Translations under genes and position numbers: made by a program
The notes under the pieces: model-generated
Database searches by the model: none
What the model saw: only the letters and a program-made list of their open reading frames with translations
Told to the model about the DNA's origin: nothing
Shown here: positions 26,763 to 37,846 of the stretch, piece by piece
Layout of the letters: every line of letters starts with the position of its first letter
How positions within the stretch are numbered: the first letter of the stretch is position 1
Source: an uncultured Verrucomicrobiota bacterium
Lineage (GTDB): Bacteria > Verrucomicrobiota > Verrucomicrobiia > Limisphaerales > UBA9464
Direction of reading: 5' to 3'
Assembly: GCA_903910585.1 (NCBI GenBank)
Contig: CAIWAH010000141.1
Location: 9,261-73,260, forward strand
DNA: 64,000 nt

Positions 26763-26987
26763 TCAGGCGCAGCCCGGCGGCACCCGTGGTGGAGGACGGC
26801 GCAACAGGGCATCTTCAAAGGCGTCAAAAACGAACTCCAAGGCGAGCCGCTGGATGTCGGGCTCCAGCTCCTTGAGGCTCGCCACCACCCGTTCGGCGCC
26901 GAGCATGACCGCTTCAGCCTTGCGACGGCCGTGGGTGGAATTGAGCCAGAGGATGCTGCGGAGCGTTTTTTGGGGGCAGGCTTGCAT
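26763..26987 (-). CDS. possible small hypothetical protein
   Basis: 74-aa ORF with high third-position GC and a helical-looking segment (VVASLKELEPDIQRLALEFVFDAFEDALL). No family recognised. Confidence 0.25.
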   Translation of the reverse strand: MQACPQKTLRSILWLNSTHGRRKAEAVMLGAERVVASLKELEPDIQRLALEFVFDAFEDALLRRPPPRVPPGCA

Positions 26988-27216
26988 GGGGAGGGCAGGG
27001 CAGTGCCGGGATCCTGCGCGACGGATGCCGGCCGTTTTCCCGAATCCAAGCGGATTCGGTCGGACAATCCACCGCCGCAGCCTGCGCCTCCGGGAAGTTG
27101 ATTGTCTCCATTGCGAAACCTTTAAGCAGGCCGGCTGCCAATCTCATCGCGATGGAAGATTCGCTCGGGAAAGGAAAAGAAATCTGAACTGCCCCGAACG
27201 CTCCGGACACCGCGAG

Positions 27217-28503
27217 TTACAGCCCGCGCAACACCTTCGCGGCCGTGGCGACCGTGGTTTCAATGTCCGCCGGGGTGTGGGCGGTGGAGATGAAGCCGGC
27301 CTCGAATTGCGACGGCGCCAGGTAGATTCCGGCCGCCAGCATGCCGTGGAAAAACTTCGCGAAGCGGCCGCGGTCGCTGTGCAGCGCATCGGCCAGATTC
27401 CACACCGGCCGATCGGTGAAGTAACCGCAGAACATGGAACCGATCCGTTTCCACTGCACGGCCACGCCGACGGATTTCGCCGCGGCGACCATGCCCGCCT
27501 CGAGTTGCTCGCCGAGCGTTTCGAGCCGCGCATAGCCGTTCGAGCCGGCCAGTTCGTCCAGCGCTGCCAGGCCCGCCGCCATAGCCAGCGGATTTCCGCT
27601 CAGGGTTCCGGCCTGATAGACCGGTCCGAGCGGCGCCAGATAGTCCATCACGTCCGCCCGGCCACCGAAGGCGCCGACAGGCAGCCCGCCGCCGATGATC
27701 TTGCCGAACGTGCTCAGGTCCGGCGTCAGTCCGAAGCGTTCCTGGGCGCCGCCCTTCGCCAGCCGGAAACCGGTCATCACCTCGTCGAGGATGAACAGCG
27801 CTCCGTGCTCGCGGCAGAGCCGGGCGATGAGTTCGTAGAAGCCCGGTCGCGGCAGGTAGAGTCCGGCGTTGGCGGGCACGCCCTCGACGATGACGGCGGC
27901 GAGCTCTTGGCCGTGACTGGCGAAGATGGCCTTCAGCGCCTCGGGATCATTGAAAGGCAGCACGAGCGTGTGCTTGGCGAAGTCGGCCGGCACCCCGGCG
28001 CTGTCCGGATTGCCGAGGGTCAGCGCTCCGGAGCCGGCCTTTACCAGCAGCGAATCCGCGTGGCCGTGGTAGCAGCCGTCGAACTTCACGAGCTTGTCGC
28101 GCCGGGTGAAACCGCGGGCGAGCCGGATCGCCGACATGCAGGCCTCGGTGCCGGAGTTGCAAAAACGCACCTTCTGCACGCTTGGCACGAACTCCTTCAC
28201 GCGGAACGCGAGCGCCACTTCCGCCGGATTCGGCACGCCAAAGCTGGTGCCCCGGTCCGCGGCGTCCTTCACCGCCTGGATGCTCTTCGGATGCGCGTGA
28301 CCGAGAATTGCCGGACCCCAGGTGCCCACGTAATCGAGCAATTCGTCCCCGTCCACGGTCCGCAATCGCGCGCCGGCGGCGGACTCGACGAAGAACGGAT
28401 TGCCGCCCACCGCGCGAAAGGCGCGCACAGGCGAATTCACCCCGCCGGGCGTGTGTTCGAGGGCGGCGGCAAACAGGGCTTCAGACTTGGACCGCGAAAG
28501 CAT
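27217..28503 (-). CDS. hemL: glutamate-1-semialdehyde 2,1-aminomutase
   Basis: [23 protein letters not shown].., [11 protein letters not shown], and the PLP-lysine region [16 protein letters not shown]. Start at ATG 28503. Confidence 0.95.
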   Translation of the reverse strand: MLSRSKSEALFAAALEHTPGGVNSPVRAFRAVGGNPFFVESAAGARLRTVDGDELLDYVGTWGPAILGHAHPKSIQAVKDAADRGTSFGVPNPAEVALAFRVKEFVPSVQKVRFCNSGTEACMSAIRLARGFTRRDKLVKFDGCYHGHADSLLVKAGSGALTLGNPDSAGVPADFAKHTLVLPFNDPEALKAIFASHGQELAAVIVEGVPANAGLYLPRPGFYELIARLCREHGALFILDEVMTGFRLAKGGAQERFGLTPDLSTFGKIIGGGLPVGAFGGRADVMDYLAPLGPVYQAGTLSGNPLAMAAGLAALDELAGSNGYARLETLGEQLEAGMVAAAKSVGVAVQWKRIGSMFCGYFTDRPVWNLADALHSDRGRFAKFFHGMLAAGIYLAPSQFEAGFISTAHTPADIETTVATAAKVLRGL

Positions 28504-28579
28504 GCGGAAAGCGTAGGCCCGGCCTGGCGGCGGAAACAGCACGAAGCGCTTCCGCGCGGGCCGGTTGCCACGACGACGC

Positions 28580-28608
28580 TTGACGTGTAACTACCTCGGT
28601 AGTATTAC
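28580..28608 (+). promoter_or_regulatory. candidate sigma70-like promoter with embedded dyad operator upstream of the BlaI-type repressor gene
   Basis: TTGACG (28580-28585), a 17-nt spacer, then TATTAC (28603-28608). The dyad ACTACC-TC-GGTAGT (28590-28603) occupies the spacer. The ATG at 28626 leaves a very short leader. Confidence 0.4.
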
Positions 28609-28625
28609 CGTGGTCGTCAATCGCT

Positions 28626-29012
28626 ATGCCCGCACCTCCCCTCCGCCTTGGCGACCTGCAGCTCCGCATTCTCGAGGTTCTCTGGGAACATCCCGATGCG
28701 GGCGTGGGTGCCGTTCACGAGGCGCTCAAGCCCGAACGGGACCTCGCCTACACCACGGTCGCCACGATGCTGCGCAAGATGGAGGCGCGCGGACTGGTCA
28801 CGCACCGGGAGGAAGGGCGCAGCTTCCTTTACCGTGCGGCGGTGGCGGCCGACGACGTGAACCGCAGCGCCGGTGACCACTTTGTCGAACGCCTGTTCGA
28901 GGGCAGCCTGGCCGACGCCGTCAGCCATCTGCTCACGACCCGCGAGGTCAGCCGGGGAGAGCTCGAGCAGTTGGAAAAGCTCATCCGCGAAGCCAAACGG
29001 AGGGCCAAATGA
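28626..29012 (+). CDS. BlaI/MecI/CopY-family transcriptional repressor
   Basis: Winged-helix block LQLRILEVLWE..YTTVATMLRKMEARGLV and the usual ~125-aa size. ATGA overlap with the M56 gene. Confidence 0.9.
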   Translation: MPAPPLRLGDLQLRILEVLWEHPDAGVGAVHEALKPERDLAYTTVATMLRKMEARGLVTHREEGRSFLYRAAVAADDVNRSAGDHFVERLFEGSLADAVSHLLTTREVSRGELEQLEKLIREAKRRAK

Positions 29013-32000
29013 TTCCCGATCTCGCGTGGTGGGGACGGCTGATCGGACTGCTCGCGGCTGAGGCGGCGCTGCTGGTCGCCGTGGCGACCGCGGCCTCATG
29101 GCGGGTGCGCTCGGCTCAGTGGCAACGGCTGGTCTGGCAGTCGGCGTTTCTGGCCGTGCTGCTGGTCTGGAGCGCCGAGCTCGCCGGGGGGCGCGCTTGG
29201 ATCGCCCGTTTTCGTCCGGAACTGGAACTGTCCCGAAGGGTCACGGCGCGGGTGATTGGGGAAATTCCGGTGCGCGGAGAAGAAGTGGCCTTCGAGTTCC
29301 CGGGGGACGTCCCGAGCGCCCCGGCAACCTTGCCGCCAGAATTGCCGCAAGCCCGGTGGTGGCCGGGTGCGTTCTGGCTCACCGGTCTCGTGGTGATGCT
29401 CTTGAGGACAATCGGAAGCCGAGCGTGGGTGGCTTGGCGGTTCCGTCGCAGCCGCCGTCAGGAGGCCCTAGCTGAAGTTGGCCAGCGCCGGTCGGAAGTC
29501 GGGAGCCCACAAGGGGGCGTCACTTCGGCTCCTACGCAGGAGGTGGTTGGGCGGCTCCGCGCCCGGTTGGGCCTGGGCGCAGTGCGCGTCGTCGTGTGGC
29601 CGCGGCTGTGCGGGCCAGTGGCCTTCGGCATTTTCCGACCAACGGTGGCGGTGCCGGCGGACTTCGCGGAGCGGTTCCCGCCGGCGCAACGCGAGGCGAT
29701 GCTGGCGCACGAGTTGGGCCACCTCGCGCAGCGTGATCCCCTGTGGCTGCTTGTGGCCGAACTCGTATGTGCGTTCGCATGGTGGCATCCGGCCGTGTGG
29801 TGGGCGCGGCGGCAGTTCCGGGCGGCCTGCGAGGCGGCGGCGGACGAGGCAACGGCGCTCGTGCCCGGCGGTCGGGTGGCGCTCGCGGAGGCGCTGGTGA
29901 GCGTCGGCCGTGAACTCACCGCGCCCGGCGGTGTCGGCGTCGGCGGCAGCGGGTTGAAGTCGGAACTCGCCCGCCGCGTGCAGGCACTGGTGGAACATCC
30001 TGGCGACGGGGGCGCGGTGCGGGGAGCCGGTCGTTGGTTGTTGCGGACGGGTATCGCCGCAGTGCTGGTCGCGTTGCTGTTCGCGCCGTGGCCCGGTGAT
30101 CGCAACGGCTTGGGAACAGTGTTGGCTGCGGTGCAGGCGGAGACGGCTCAATCCGCCTCCCAAGCCGGCAAGCGGCTCCAGACAATCTCCGACGTGCTGG
30201 CCGACCCGCAATTCCGTGAAGTGGTGAAGGCGCTGGAAGCCGCCGCGGGGGATTCGCCTCCCAGAGCGCAATCGCCGGCTGACCTTTTTGCGGCGGATAA
30301 GCGGCCTTCGTTGGAATCGGTGGTGCACGAGGGCATCCCGGTGGCAGGAATCGGCTACGACAAAAGACCGATGCTCGGGGAGACAAATGCGCTCCACCCG
30401 CTCCCACCAGAGACCTTCACGAACCCGCGGGACTCGCGGAAGCGTGCCTCGGCCGTGGAATCGTTGAAGGCCGCCAAACAGGCGCTGGATGAAGCTGCGG
30501 CACTTCACGGCCGGACTTCGCTGGAATGGACCAATGCCTTCAACCGTCTGCTCGCTGCCGATCGCACCTTGGCCGGACTGATGCAGGCTAATCCGGGAAA
30601 CTTGGCCGACGACCCCAACCGCAGCCGCCTGCTGGCCGCCTTGGAGACGCTGGTGGTCCCCGGCTTTGAGGCGAACCGCGAACGGCTAGATGCCGTGGTG
30701 CGGCGCCTGGAATCCGCAGCCAAGTCGGCAGATCCAGAGGGGAAGGGTTTGAACTTCATCATCAATGAACCTGACGACGCCGGGGCCTTGTCCGCGACTG
30801 TCATCAACGTGCCGACACTGCGTGGGGCCAGGCTCATGGATGTGGTTTTTAATGTGGTCACCGGGGCGGAGCCGCCGATTGCGGCCGCCGTGGAGAGCTA
30901 CGCCGTGGTCTTTTCCGTGCGCCCGCCGGTGACCGTGCAACTGCATACCCGCCAGTTCCGGCTGTCGGCGCCGGACTTCGCCCGTCACCTCCAACCGTTC
31001 TTGCCGGTGGGCGAAACCAACTCGGCAAAAGCGTTCCAGCTCGCCGTCCGCGCCTTCTGTGCGGCCAACGGCATCGAGTTCCCAAGCGCAATCACCATTG
31101 CCCAGGGCAGCACGCCGCCGCCGGACCAGTCCGCGATCTTCTACAACGACCGCACGGGACAGCTCTTCGTCCGGGCGACGCTGGAGAATTTGGAGCGAAT
31201 CGAGCAGGCGCTCCAAAAACTGGACCTCCCACCCGCCCAGGAAGCGAAGCCACGGGCCGAACTGGAAGCCCAACTGCGCGCCTCGGGGAATACCCTCGCG
31301 GAACTGCGCTCCCGCTACCGTGAGCGACACCCTCGCGTGGTCGAAGCGCAGACGCAGCACGACGACTTGCTGGCCCGGCTCCGGGTGCTGTCCCAGACCA
31401 AGGCTTTGACTAACGCAGCGGTGGTCATCTCATCACCAGCGCCCACGCCGCCGCTCCTCACTCGGCAGTTCCGGGTGGATTCCGGCAATTTTTCCGCCCG
31501 AGTGCTGGCAGCTTTCGATCCCGTGGCGGAGGTCGCCCGCAAGTTGGATGCATTGCCCAATCGCGAACTGATTGCCTCCGATGTGGGCGCCTCGGTGTCG
31601 CGCACCGCGCTGCCCGCGTCGGTTCCATCGACGCCGTTGCCCGGCGTTTCTGGGAAGGGCGATACCAAAGATCAGCAGCTCGGAGGTGCGATTCATGCGT
31701 ATTTTCGGAAGCACGGTGTGGAGTTCCCAACGCCAACATCGCAGGTCACCTCAGGTTCCGAGGCGCAGGAACGTCCTGCGCTCTTTTTCAAACCCGATTC
31801 GGGAATCCTCTTTGTCCGCGCCTCGCTGGAAGACATGGCGACGGTGGAGCGGGCCTTGGAGGGGCTTGAACCGACGGATCAGATGCCGCAGGTGGAACTC
31901 GCCGTCACCCTTGTCGAGATCGCCGATGGCGGGCCCGACGACGTGGGGCTCGACTGGCTGTTTGGCCAGGCGGCGACGAACAATCCGCCCGTGGTGTCCG

Positions 32001-32713
32001 CGCTCGCCACGAACCTGCCGGGCGTGGCCGGCGCCTTGCAGGGCGACCGGCTACGGGTGGACCGGCTGGCCGTGGCTGGCCAGTCAGCGGTGCTCAGCGC
32101 GGAGCAGTTCGCAGCCTTGGAAGGCCGCCTCAAGGAGCGCCACAGCGTGGATTTCCTGTCGGCGCCCAAGGTCATCACGCTGTCCGGCCGGCAGGCACAG
32201 GTGTCGGTCGGCGAAATCCGCACGCTCGTGACCGGCGCGGTGGCGACCGACGGTTCGAAGACCAACGAGGCGGGCATCCAGTATCTCACCGACCAGGTGC
32301 CCGTCGGTCCCGTGGTGGACCTGTTTCCGACAGCCAGCGAAGGCGCCTGGCAGGTGAAGGTGGTGGCATCCGTCACCGAGTTCCTCGGCTATGACGACCC
32401 TGGCAAAACCAACCGCGTGCAGGCCGCGACGGCGGAAGGCAAACCGCTGAAGGGCACGCCGCCGCTGCCCCGGCTGCGGGTCCGCGAAACGCAGTCCACG
32501 GCCTCGGCGAAGGCGGGCGAAGTCATCGCGCTGCGCGGGCCGCTGGCGGAGAACGTGGTCCGCTTCAAGGACAAGGTGCCGGTGCTGGGCGACGTGCCCC
32601 TGCTTGGCCGGCTTTTTCGCAGCGAAAGCCAGCAGACCCGCCGCACCCGCCTCTATGTGTTCGTGCGGCCGGAAACGGTGGACGCCCAAGGAAATCGTCC
32701 GGCCGCAAAGTAA
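29009..32713 (+). CDS. M56 (BlaR1-like) membrane metalloprotease fused to periplasmic N-domain-like repeats and a C-terminal secretin domain
   Basis: TM helices plus HELGH (29708-29722) and a further TM (GIAAVLVALLF). C-terminal secretin hallmarks: QVELAVTLVEI, LSAPKVITLSGRQAQVSVG, and KVPVLGDVPLLGRLFRSE (core 32576-32620). Confidence 0.85.
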   Translation: MIPDLAWWGRLIGLLAAEAALLVAVATAASWRVRSAQWQRLVWQSAFLAVLLVWSAELAGGRAWIARFRPELELSRRVTARVIGEIPVRGEEVAFEFPGDVPSAPATLPPELPQARWWPGAFWLTGLVVMLLRTIGSRAWVAWRFRRSRRQEALAEVGQRRSEVGSPQGGVTSAPTQEVVGRLRARLGLGAVRVVVWPRLCGPVAFGIFRPTVAVPADFAERFPPAQREAMLAHELGHLAQRDPLWLLVAELVCAFAWWHPAVWWARRQFRAACEAAADEATALVPGGRVALAEALVSVGRELTAPGGVGVGGSGLKSELARRVQALVEHPGDGGAVRGAGRWLLRTGIAAVLVALLFAPWPGDRNGLGTVLAAVQAETAQSASQAGKRLQTISDVLADPQFREVVKALEAAAGDSPPRAQSPADLFAADKRPSLESVVHEGIPVAGIGYDKRPMLGETNALHPLPPETFTNPRDSRKRASAVESLKAAKQALDEAAALHGRTSLEWTNAFNRLLAADRTLAGLMQANPGNLADDPNRSRLLAALETLVVPGFEANRERLDAVVRRLESAAKSADPEGKGLNFIINEPDDAGALSATVINVPTLRGARLMDVVFNVVTGAEPPIAAAVESYAVVFSVRPPVTVQLHTRQFRLSAPDFARHLQPFLPVGETNSAKAFQLAVRAFCAANGIEFPSAITIAQGSTPPPDQSAIFYNDRTGQLFVRATLENLERIEQALQKLDLPPAQEAKPRAELEAQLRASGNTLAELRSRYRERHPRVVEAQTQHDDLLARLRVLSQTKALTNAAVVISSPAPTPPLLTRQFRVDSGNFSARVLAAFDPVAEVARKLDALPNRELIASDVGASVSRTALPASVPSTPLPGVSGKGDTKDQQLGGAIHAYFRKHGVEFPTPTSQVTSGSEAQERPALFFKPDSGILFVRASLEDMATVERALEGLEPTDQMPQVELAVTLVEIADGGPDDVGLDWLFGQAATNNPPVVSALATNLPGVAGALQGDRLRVDRLAVAGQSAVLSAEQFAALEGRLKERHSVDFLSAPKVITLSGRQAQVSVGEIRTLVTGAVATDGSKTNEAGIQYLTDQVPVGPVVDLFPTASEGAWQVKVVASVTEFLGYDDPGKTNRVQAATAEGKPLKGTPPLPRLRVRETQSTASAKAGEVIALRGPLAENVVRFKDKVPVLGDVPLLGRLFRSESQQTRRTRLYVFVRPETVDAQGNRPAAK

Positions 32714-32731
32714 GCGGGCGTCTGGCTTCCC

Positions 32732-33700
32732 TCACTTCTGGCGCGCCTTGGCGATCACCTCGGCCAAGGTCACCTCGGCGCCGCCGCGGCGTTTGCTTTC
32801 GTCGGCGGCTTCCATGAAGGCGAAGATCTCGATTGTCTCCTGCGGCGAGACCGGGGCGATGCCGGTTTCGTAGAACTTCACGACGGCGGCGACCAGCGGG
32901 GCGTAGCCGTCGTAGGCGCCGACATCCATCGCGCCCTTGGTGCCTTCCGCACGACCTTTGTAACCCTCGACTTCACGGAAGGTGCCGGTCCGGCCGCCAG
33001 TCCATTTGCCGACGACCTCGATCTTGCCATCGGCGGTCGTGCCGCGTTTGACCGAGAGACAGCCGGTGCCCATGATGGTGAAGAGCGATTCGCAGCCGTG
33101 GACGCCATACCAGAACAGGTCCGGGTGCGTCTTCTCGAGGTGAGCCGGGCTACCGCACCAGGCATTGGTCACGGTGCCGATGGCGCCACCGCGGACGGCG
33201 AGGGTGTTCTTGGCGAACCGCAGCGATGACGCGCTGAACACGGGCACCCGCGCCTCGTTCGCAAGCCGGAAGACTTCCAGTGCGTCCCGCAGCGTGCCCG
33301 CGACCGGTTTGTCGATGTAAACGGGCTTTCGCGCGGCCAGGACCGGCCGGAGCTGTTCGAGATGCGGCCGTCCGTCCACGCTTTCGATCATGACCACATC
33401 CACCTGGCGGCTGAGTTCCGGGATGGTGTCGTAGATCGTCACGCCGAACTTCTCGCGGAGCGTTTTGGTGTATTCCTCGACCCGCGACCAACTGGACTCG
33501 ATGTCCGGGCTGCCGCCCTTGAAGCCGGCCACGACCTTGGCGCCGGGGACGAAGTCCTTGGCCTTGGGATCGTTCAGAATGCCGGTGAAGGCGGTGACGT
33601 GCGACGTGTCGAGGCCGATCAGGCCGACCTTGAACTCGGCGGCGGCGAGGGACGACACGAGGCAGGAAGCCAGCAGGGGCAGCAACGAGCGGATGGTCAT
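32732..33700 (-). CDS. Gfo/Idh/MocA-family oxidoreductase with signal peptide
   Basis: MTIRSLLPLLASCLVSSLAAA then a FKVGLIGLDTSHV Rossmann start. The track N-terminal extension is rejected as R/P-rich. Confidence 0.8.
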   Translation of the reverse strand: MTIRSLLPLLASCLVSSLAAAEFKVGLIGLDTSHVTAFTGILNDPKAKDFVPGAKVVAGFKGGSPDIESSWSRVEEYTKTLREKFGVTIYDTIPELSRQVDVVMIESVDGRPHLEQLRPVLAARKPVYIDKPVAGTLRDALEVFRLANEARVPVFSASSLRFAKNTLAVRGGAIGTVTNAWCGSPAHLEKTHPDLFWYGVHGCESLFTIMGTGCLSVKRGTTADGKIEVVGKWTGGRTGTFREVEGYKGRAEGTKGAMDVGAYDGYAPLVAAVVKFYETGIAPVSPQETIEIFAFMEAADESKRRGGAEVTLAEVIAKARQK

Positions 33701-33824
33701 GGGAGATTCTGGCCACGACGACCGGCGCCTTGGCAATCCGCAGAAACAGGGCAGGCAAGCGGCGGGCGCGTTCGCTGATTGCCAGTTTAGTGGCATCGGC
33801 GCCTCGCCGGTGGCAAGTCCACCG

Positions 33825-33860
33825 GGCGCCCTCGCCCGGTGAACAGCAGGCGAGGGCGCC
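33825..33860. repeat. isolated perfect 12-bp stem hairpin
   Basis: ggcgccctcgcc-cggtgaacagca-ggcgagggcgcc, in the 5' region of the Gfo/Idh/MocA gene. Confidence 0.6.
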
Positions 33861-33947
33861 TGCCGCACTCGTGACAGCCGAGGCGGCTGTCCCACTGGGG
33901 TGGAGAATGCCGGTCGTGGAATCGTGACTTTCGAGCCAATCTGTGGG

Positions 33948-33981
33948 GAAAAGAAACCGCCCGGCGGGTGGGCCGGGCGGT
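33948..33981 (-). terminator. rho-independent terminator after the pseudopilin gene
   Basis: Perfect 10-bp stem accgcccggc/gccgggcggt with a 6-nt loop, then TTTCTTTT on the minus strand. Confidence 0.7.
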
Positions 33982-34005
33982 TGGCGAACGCGAAAGGAAT
34001 ACGTC

Positions 34006-34413
34006 TCAGTTTTCGTCCAAGGTCACTTGGCCGCCGGCTTCGATGGCTTTCTTGGCCATCTTCAGGCGCGACGGCAGCGTGGCGGTAGGATTCTGGCCGC
34101 AGGGATTGATGTTGTAGGTCTCGCCCATCACGGAGGTGGGGAATTTGCCGCTGTTGAAGTAAGGCGCGAGGTCCGATTCGGTCGGCGTGTCGCTGTCACC
34201 CTTCTTGTTCTCCGCCATCCAGAGCTGCTTCTGGTTTTGGATCACCCGCAGGTTGTTGATGATCGAGTTGTAGCGGGCGGTGGCCATCGAGTTGCCCACC
34301 GCGGGGATCGCGATCATCGCCAGCAGGCCGATGATCATGACCACGATCATGATTTCGATAAGCGTGAAACCGGCCCGGCGGGCGGCGCGTGAGGAGTTGT
34401 GGCGGACGTGCAT
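34006..34413 (-). CDS. prepilin-type N-terminal cleavage/methylation domain protein (pseudopilin-like)
   Basis: AGFTLIEIMIVVMIIGLLAMIAIP class-III signal peptide motif; 135 aa from ATG 34413. Confidence 0.85.
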   Translation of the reverse strand: MHVRHNSSRAARRAGFTLIEIMIVVMIIGLLAMIAIPAVGNSMATARYNSIINNLRVIQNQKQLWMAENKKGDSDTPTESDLAPYFNSGKFPTSVMGETYNINPCGQNPTATLPSRLKMAKKAIEAGGQVTLDEN

Positions 34414-34630
34414 GGTCGAAAGCGTTGTGTTTGCGCGGACGTCACGGGAAACACCGGCAACCGAGAATGGTTGCAGGGCCTGCGCCTGCGGAATTGCGGG
34501 AAAGGTAGAGGCTCGCCGGGCCGGTTCAACGCCGAATCCGCCCGAAGACAGCTTCGAAGCCCGATTCCAAATGGAAACGGCCGCCGGGAAGTGCAACTTC
34601 GCGGCGGCCGTCGGAAACGGGAATGGGGCC

Positions 34631-35875
<1,245 letters not shown>

Positions 35876-36073
35876 GTTCGCAAAAGCGGGCGCGAGTGAA
35901 CGGCAGCCAATCGGGCCGGGGAAGGGGAAACTTTGCGGCGCGGCGAGCGGCCGGTTGGGCGCAGGGAGGGGCGGAAATCCCATTGCGTGGGGGCGGTTGC
36001 CAACATGAAGCTTGCCCCTCGACGCTGGGTGCGTCATGCTTTGTTTAACAAGTTTAGCAACTAACTTAGGATT

Positions 36074-37777
36074 ATGTCCGAAGCCGCTGGCAGTGCTGCC
36101 CCCGCCGAAAAGGCGCTTACTCGCAACGAGAACCTGAAGATTGCCGTGCCCACGCTGGCCGGAAACATCGCGGCCACGCTGGCGGACCCGAATGCGGACT
36201 GCTTTTCGCCGGACGATGAGCAGTTCCTGAAGTTCCATGGCATCTACCAGCAGGATGACCGCGACCGCCGCAAGCAGGGCAAGACGCATATCATGATGAT
36301 CCGCGGGCGCATTCCCGGCGGCGTGCTGTCCGCGAAGCAGTGGATCACCTTCGACAACCTCGCGACCCAATACGCCAACAACACGCTGCGCATCACGACG
36401 CGCCAGAGCGTGCAATTCCACGGCGTCGCCAAGTCTGGTCTGGGCGCGCTGATGAAGGGTCTCAACCAGGCGATGGTGGACACGCTTGCGGCCTGTGGCG
36501 ACGTGAACCGCAACGTGATGGCGGCGCCGACGCCGGCCAGCACCCGGGCACGCCAGCAGGTTTACGAACACTCCAAACTGGTTTCCGAGGCGTTGCTGCC
36601 CAAGACCAAGGCCTACCATTCCATCTGGCTCGACGGCGTGCAGCTGAACCTTGAAGCGCCCGAGAACAAGGATTTCGTGGATCCGCTCTACGGCCGGCAA
36701 TACCTGCCGCGCAAGTTCAAGGCGGCCTTCGTCATTCCGCCGGTGAATGACATGGACATCTTCACCAACTGCCTGGGTTTCATCGCCATCGTCGAAAACG
36801 ACCAGGTGATCGGCTACAACCTGACGGTTGGTGGCGGCATGGGCCGGAGTCATGGCAACGCCGCCACCTATGCGCGGTTGGCAGATGTCCTTGGCTTCAT
36901 CACGCCGGACCAACTGGTTCCCGTCTCCAAGGCGGTCCTGACGGTCCACCGCGATTTCGGCGACCGCACCGATCGGAAACATGCCCGGCTGAAATACGTT
37001 CTCCAGGAGCGGGGCGTGGAGTTTGTCCGGGCCGAAGTCGAGGCGCGCGCCGGCATCAAGTTCGGACCGGCGCGTCCCTACGGATTCAGCACCACGGGTG
37101 ACCGCTACGACTGGCAGCGGGCGCTCGACGGATCGTGGTATTGCACGCTGTTCGTCTCGATGGGCCGCGTGAAGGACGCCGACGGATGGCAGATGAAGAC
37201 GGCGCTGCGGCGGGTCGCGGAACGGTTCCCGGGGGTCGAATTCCGCCTGACCGGCAACCAGAACGTCATGCTCGCCAATGTCGCGGACACGGACCGTGCG
37301 GCGGTGACCGCGCTGCTGTCGGAACACGGCGTGAAGACCGAAAAACAGGCGTCGGTGCTGCACGCGGCGGCGATCGCCTGTCCGGCCTTGCCGACGTGTG
37401 GTCTATCACTGGCGGAGTCGGAGCGTTATCTGCCGAGCCTGCTGACCCAGATCGAGGGACTCTGCGGGGAAGTGGGGCTGGGCGGTGAGGAGATCGTCAT
37501 CCGCATGACCGGCTGTCCGAACGGATGCGCCCGCCCCTACATGGCCGAGATCGGCTTTGTCGGCAAGGCGCCCGGTCGTTACCAGGTCTGGCTCGGTGGC
37601 AACGCCAACGGCACCCGGCTGAACCGTGTCTGGAAGGAAATGGTGAAGGATGCCGACATCCTGAACGAACTCCGGCCGCTGCTGACCCGGTTCAAAAATG
37701 AACGCACGGTTGGCGAGCGCTTCGGCGACTGGGCGGCCCGGTCGGTTTGGACTGAACAGGTGCCGTCCGCCAATTGA
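36074..37777 (+). CDS. cysI: assimilatory sulfite reductase hemoprotein (CysI/Sir type)
   Basis: [21 protein letters not shown], and siroheme/4Fe-4S cysteines [11 protein letters not shown] and [10 protein letters not shown]. Confidence 0.92.
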   Translation: MSEAAGSAAPAEKALTRNENLKIAVPTLAGNIAATLADPNADCFSPDDEQFLKFHGIYQQDDRDRRKQGKTHIMMIRGRIPGGVLSAKQWITFDNLATQYANNTLRITTRQSVQFHGVAKSGLGALMKGLNQAMVDTLAACGDVNRNVMAAPTPASTRARQQVYEHSKLVSEALLPKTKAYHSIWLDGVQLNLEAPENKDFVDPLYGRQYLPRKFKAAFVIPPVNDMDIFTNCLGFIAIVENDQVIGYNLTVGGGMGRSHGNAATYARLADVLGFITPDQLVPVSKAVLTVHRDFGDRTDRKHARLKYVLQERGVEFVRAEVEARAGIKFGPARPYGFSTTGDRYDWQRALDGSWYCTLFVSMGRVKDADGWQMKTALRRVAERFPGVEFRLTGNQNVMLANVADTDRAAVTALLSEHGVKTEKQASVLHAAAIACPALPTCGLSLAESERYLPSLLTQIEGLCGEVGLGGEEIVIRMTGCPNGCARPYMAEIGFVGKAPGRYQVWLGGNANGTRLNRVWKEMVKDADILNELRPLLTRFKNERTVGERFGDWAARSVWTEQVPSAN

Positions 37778-37794
37778 TTTCCGCGAATTGACGA

Positions 37795-37828
37795 AGAAAA
37801 AAGCCAGCCCCGGACCGGGCTGGCTTTC
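37795..37828. terminator. bidirectional terminator between convergent sulfite reductase and peroxiredoxin genes
   Basis: Perfect 9-bp stem agccagccc/gggctggct with loop cggacc, flanked by an A-run (37795-37802) and TTT. Confidence 0.6.
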
Positions 37829-37846
37829 GAACATCTGAAAGTGACC

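Noticed and set aside
26914-27210. 98-aa minus-strand ORF downstream of hemL.
   Set aside because: Pro/Ala-rich with no motif. It partly overlaps another weak ORF, and the region is better treated as non-coding or uncertain.
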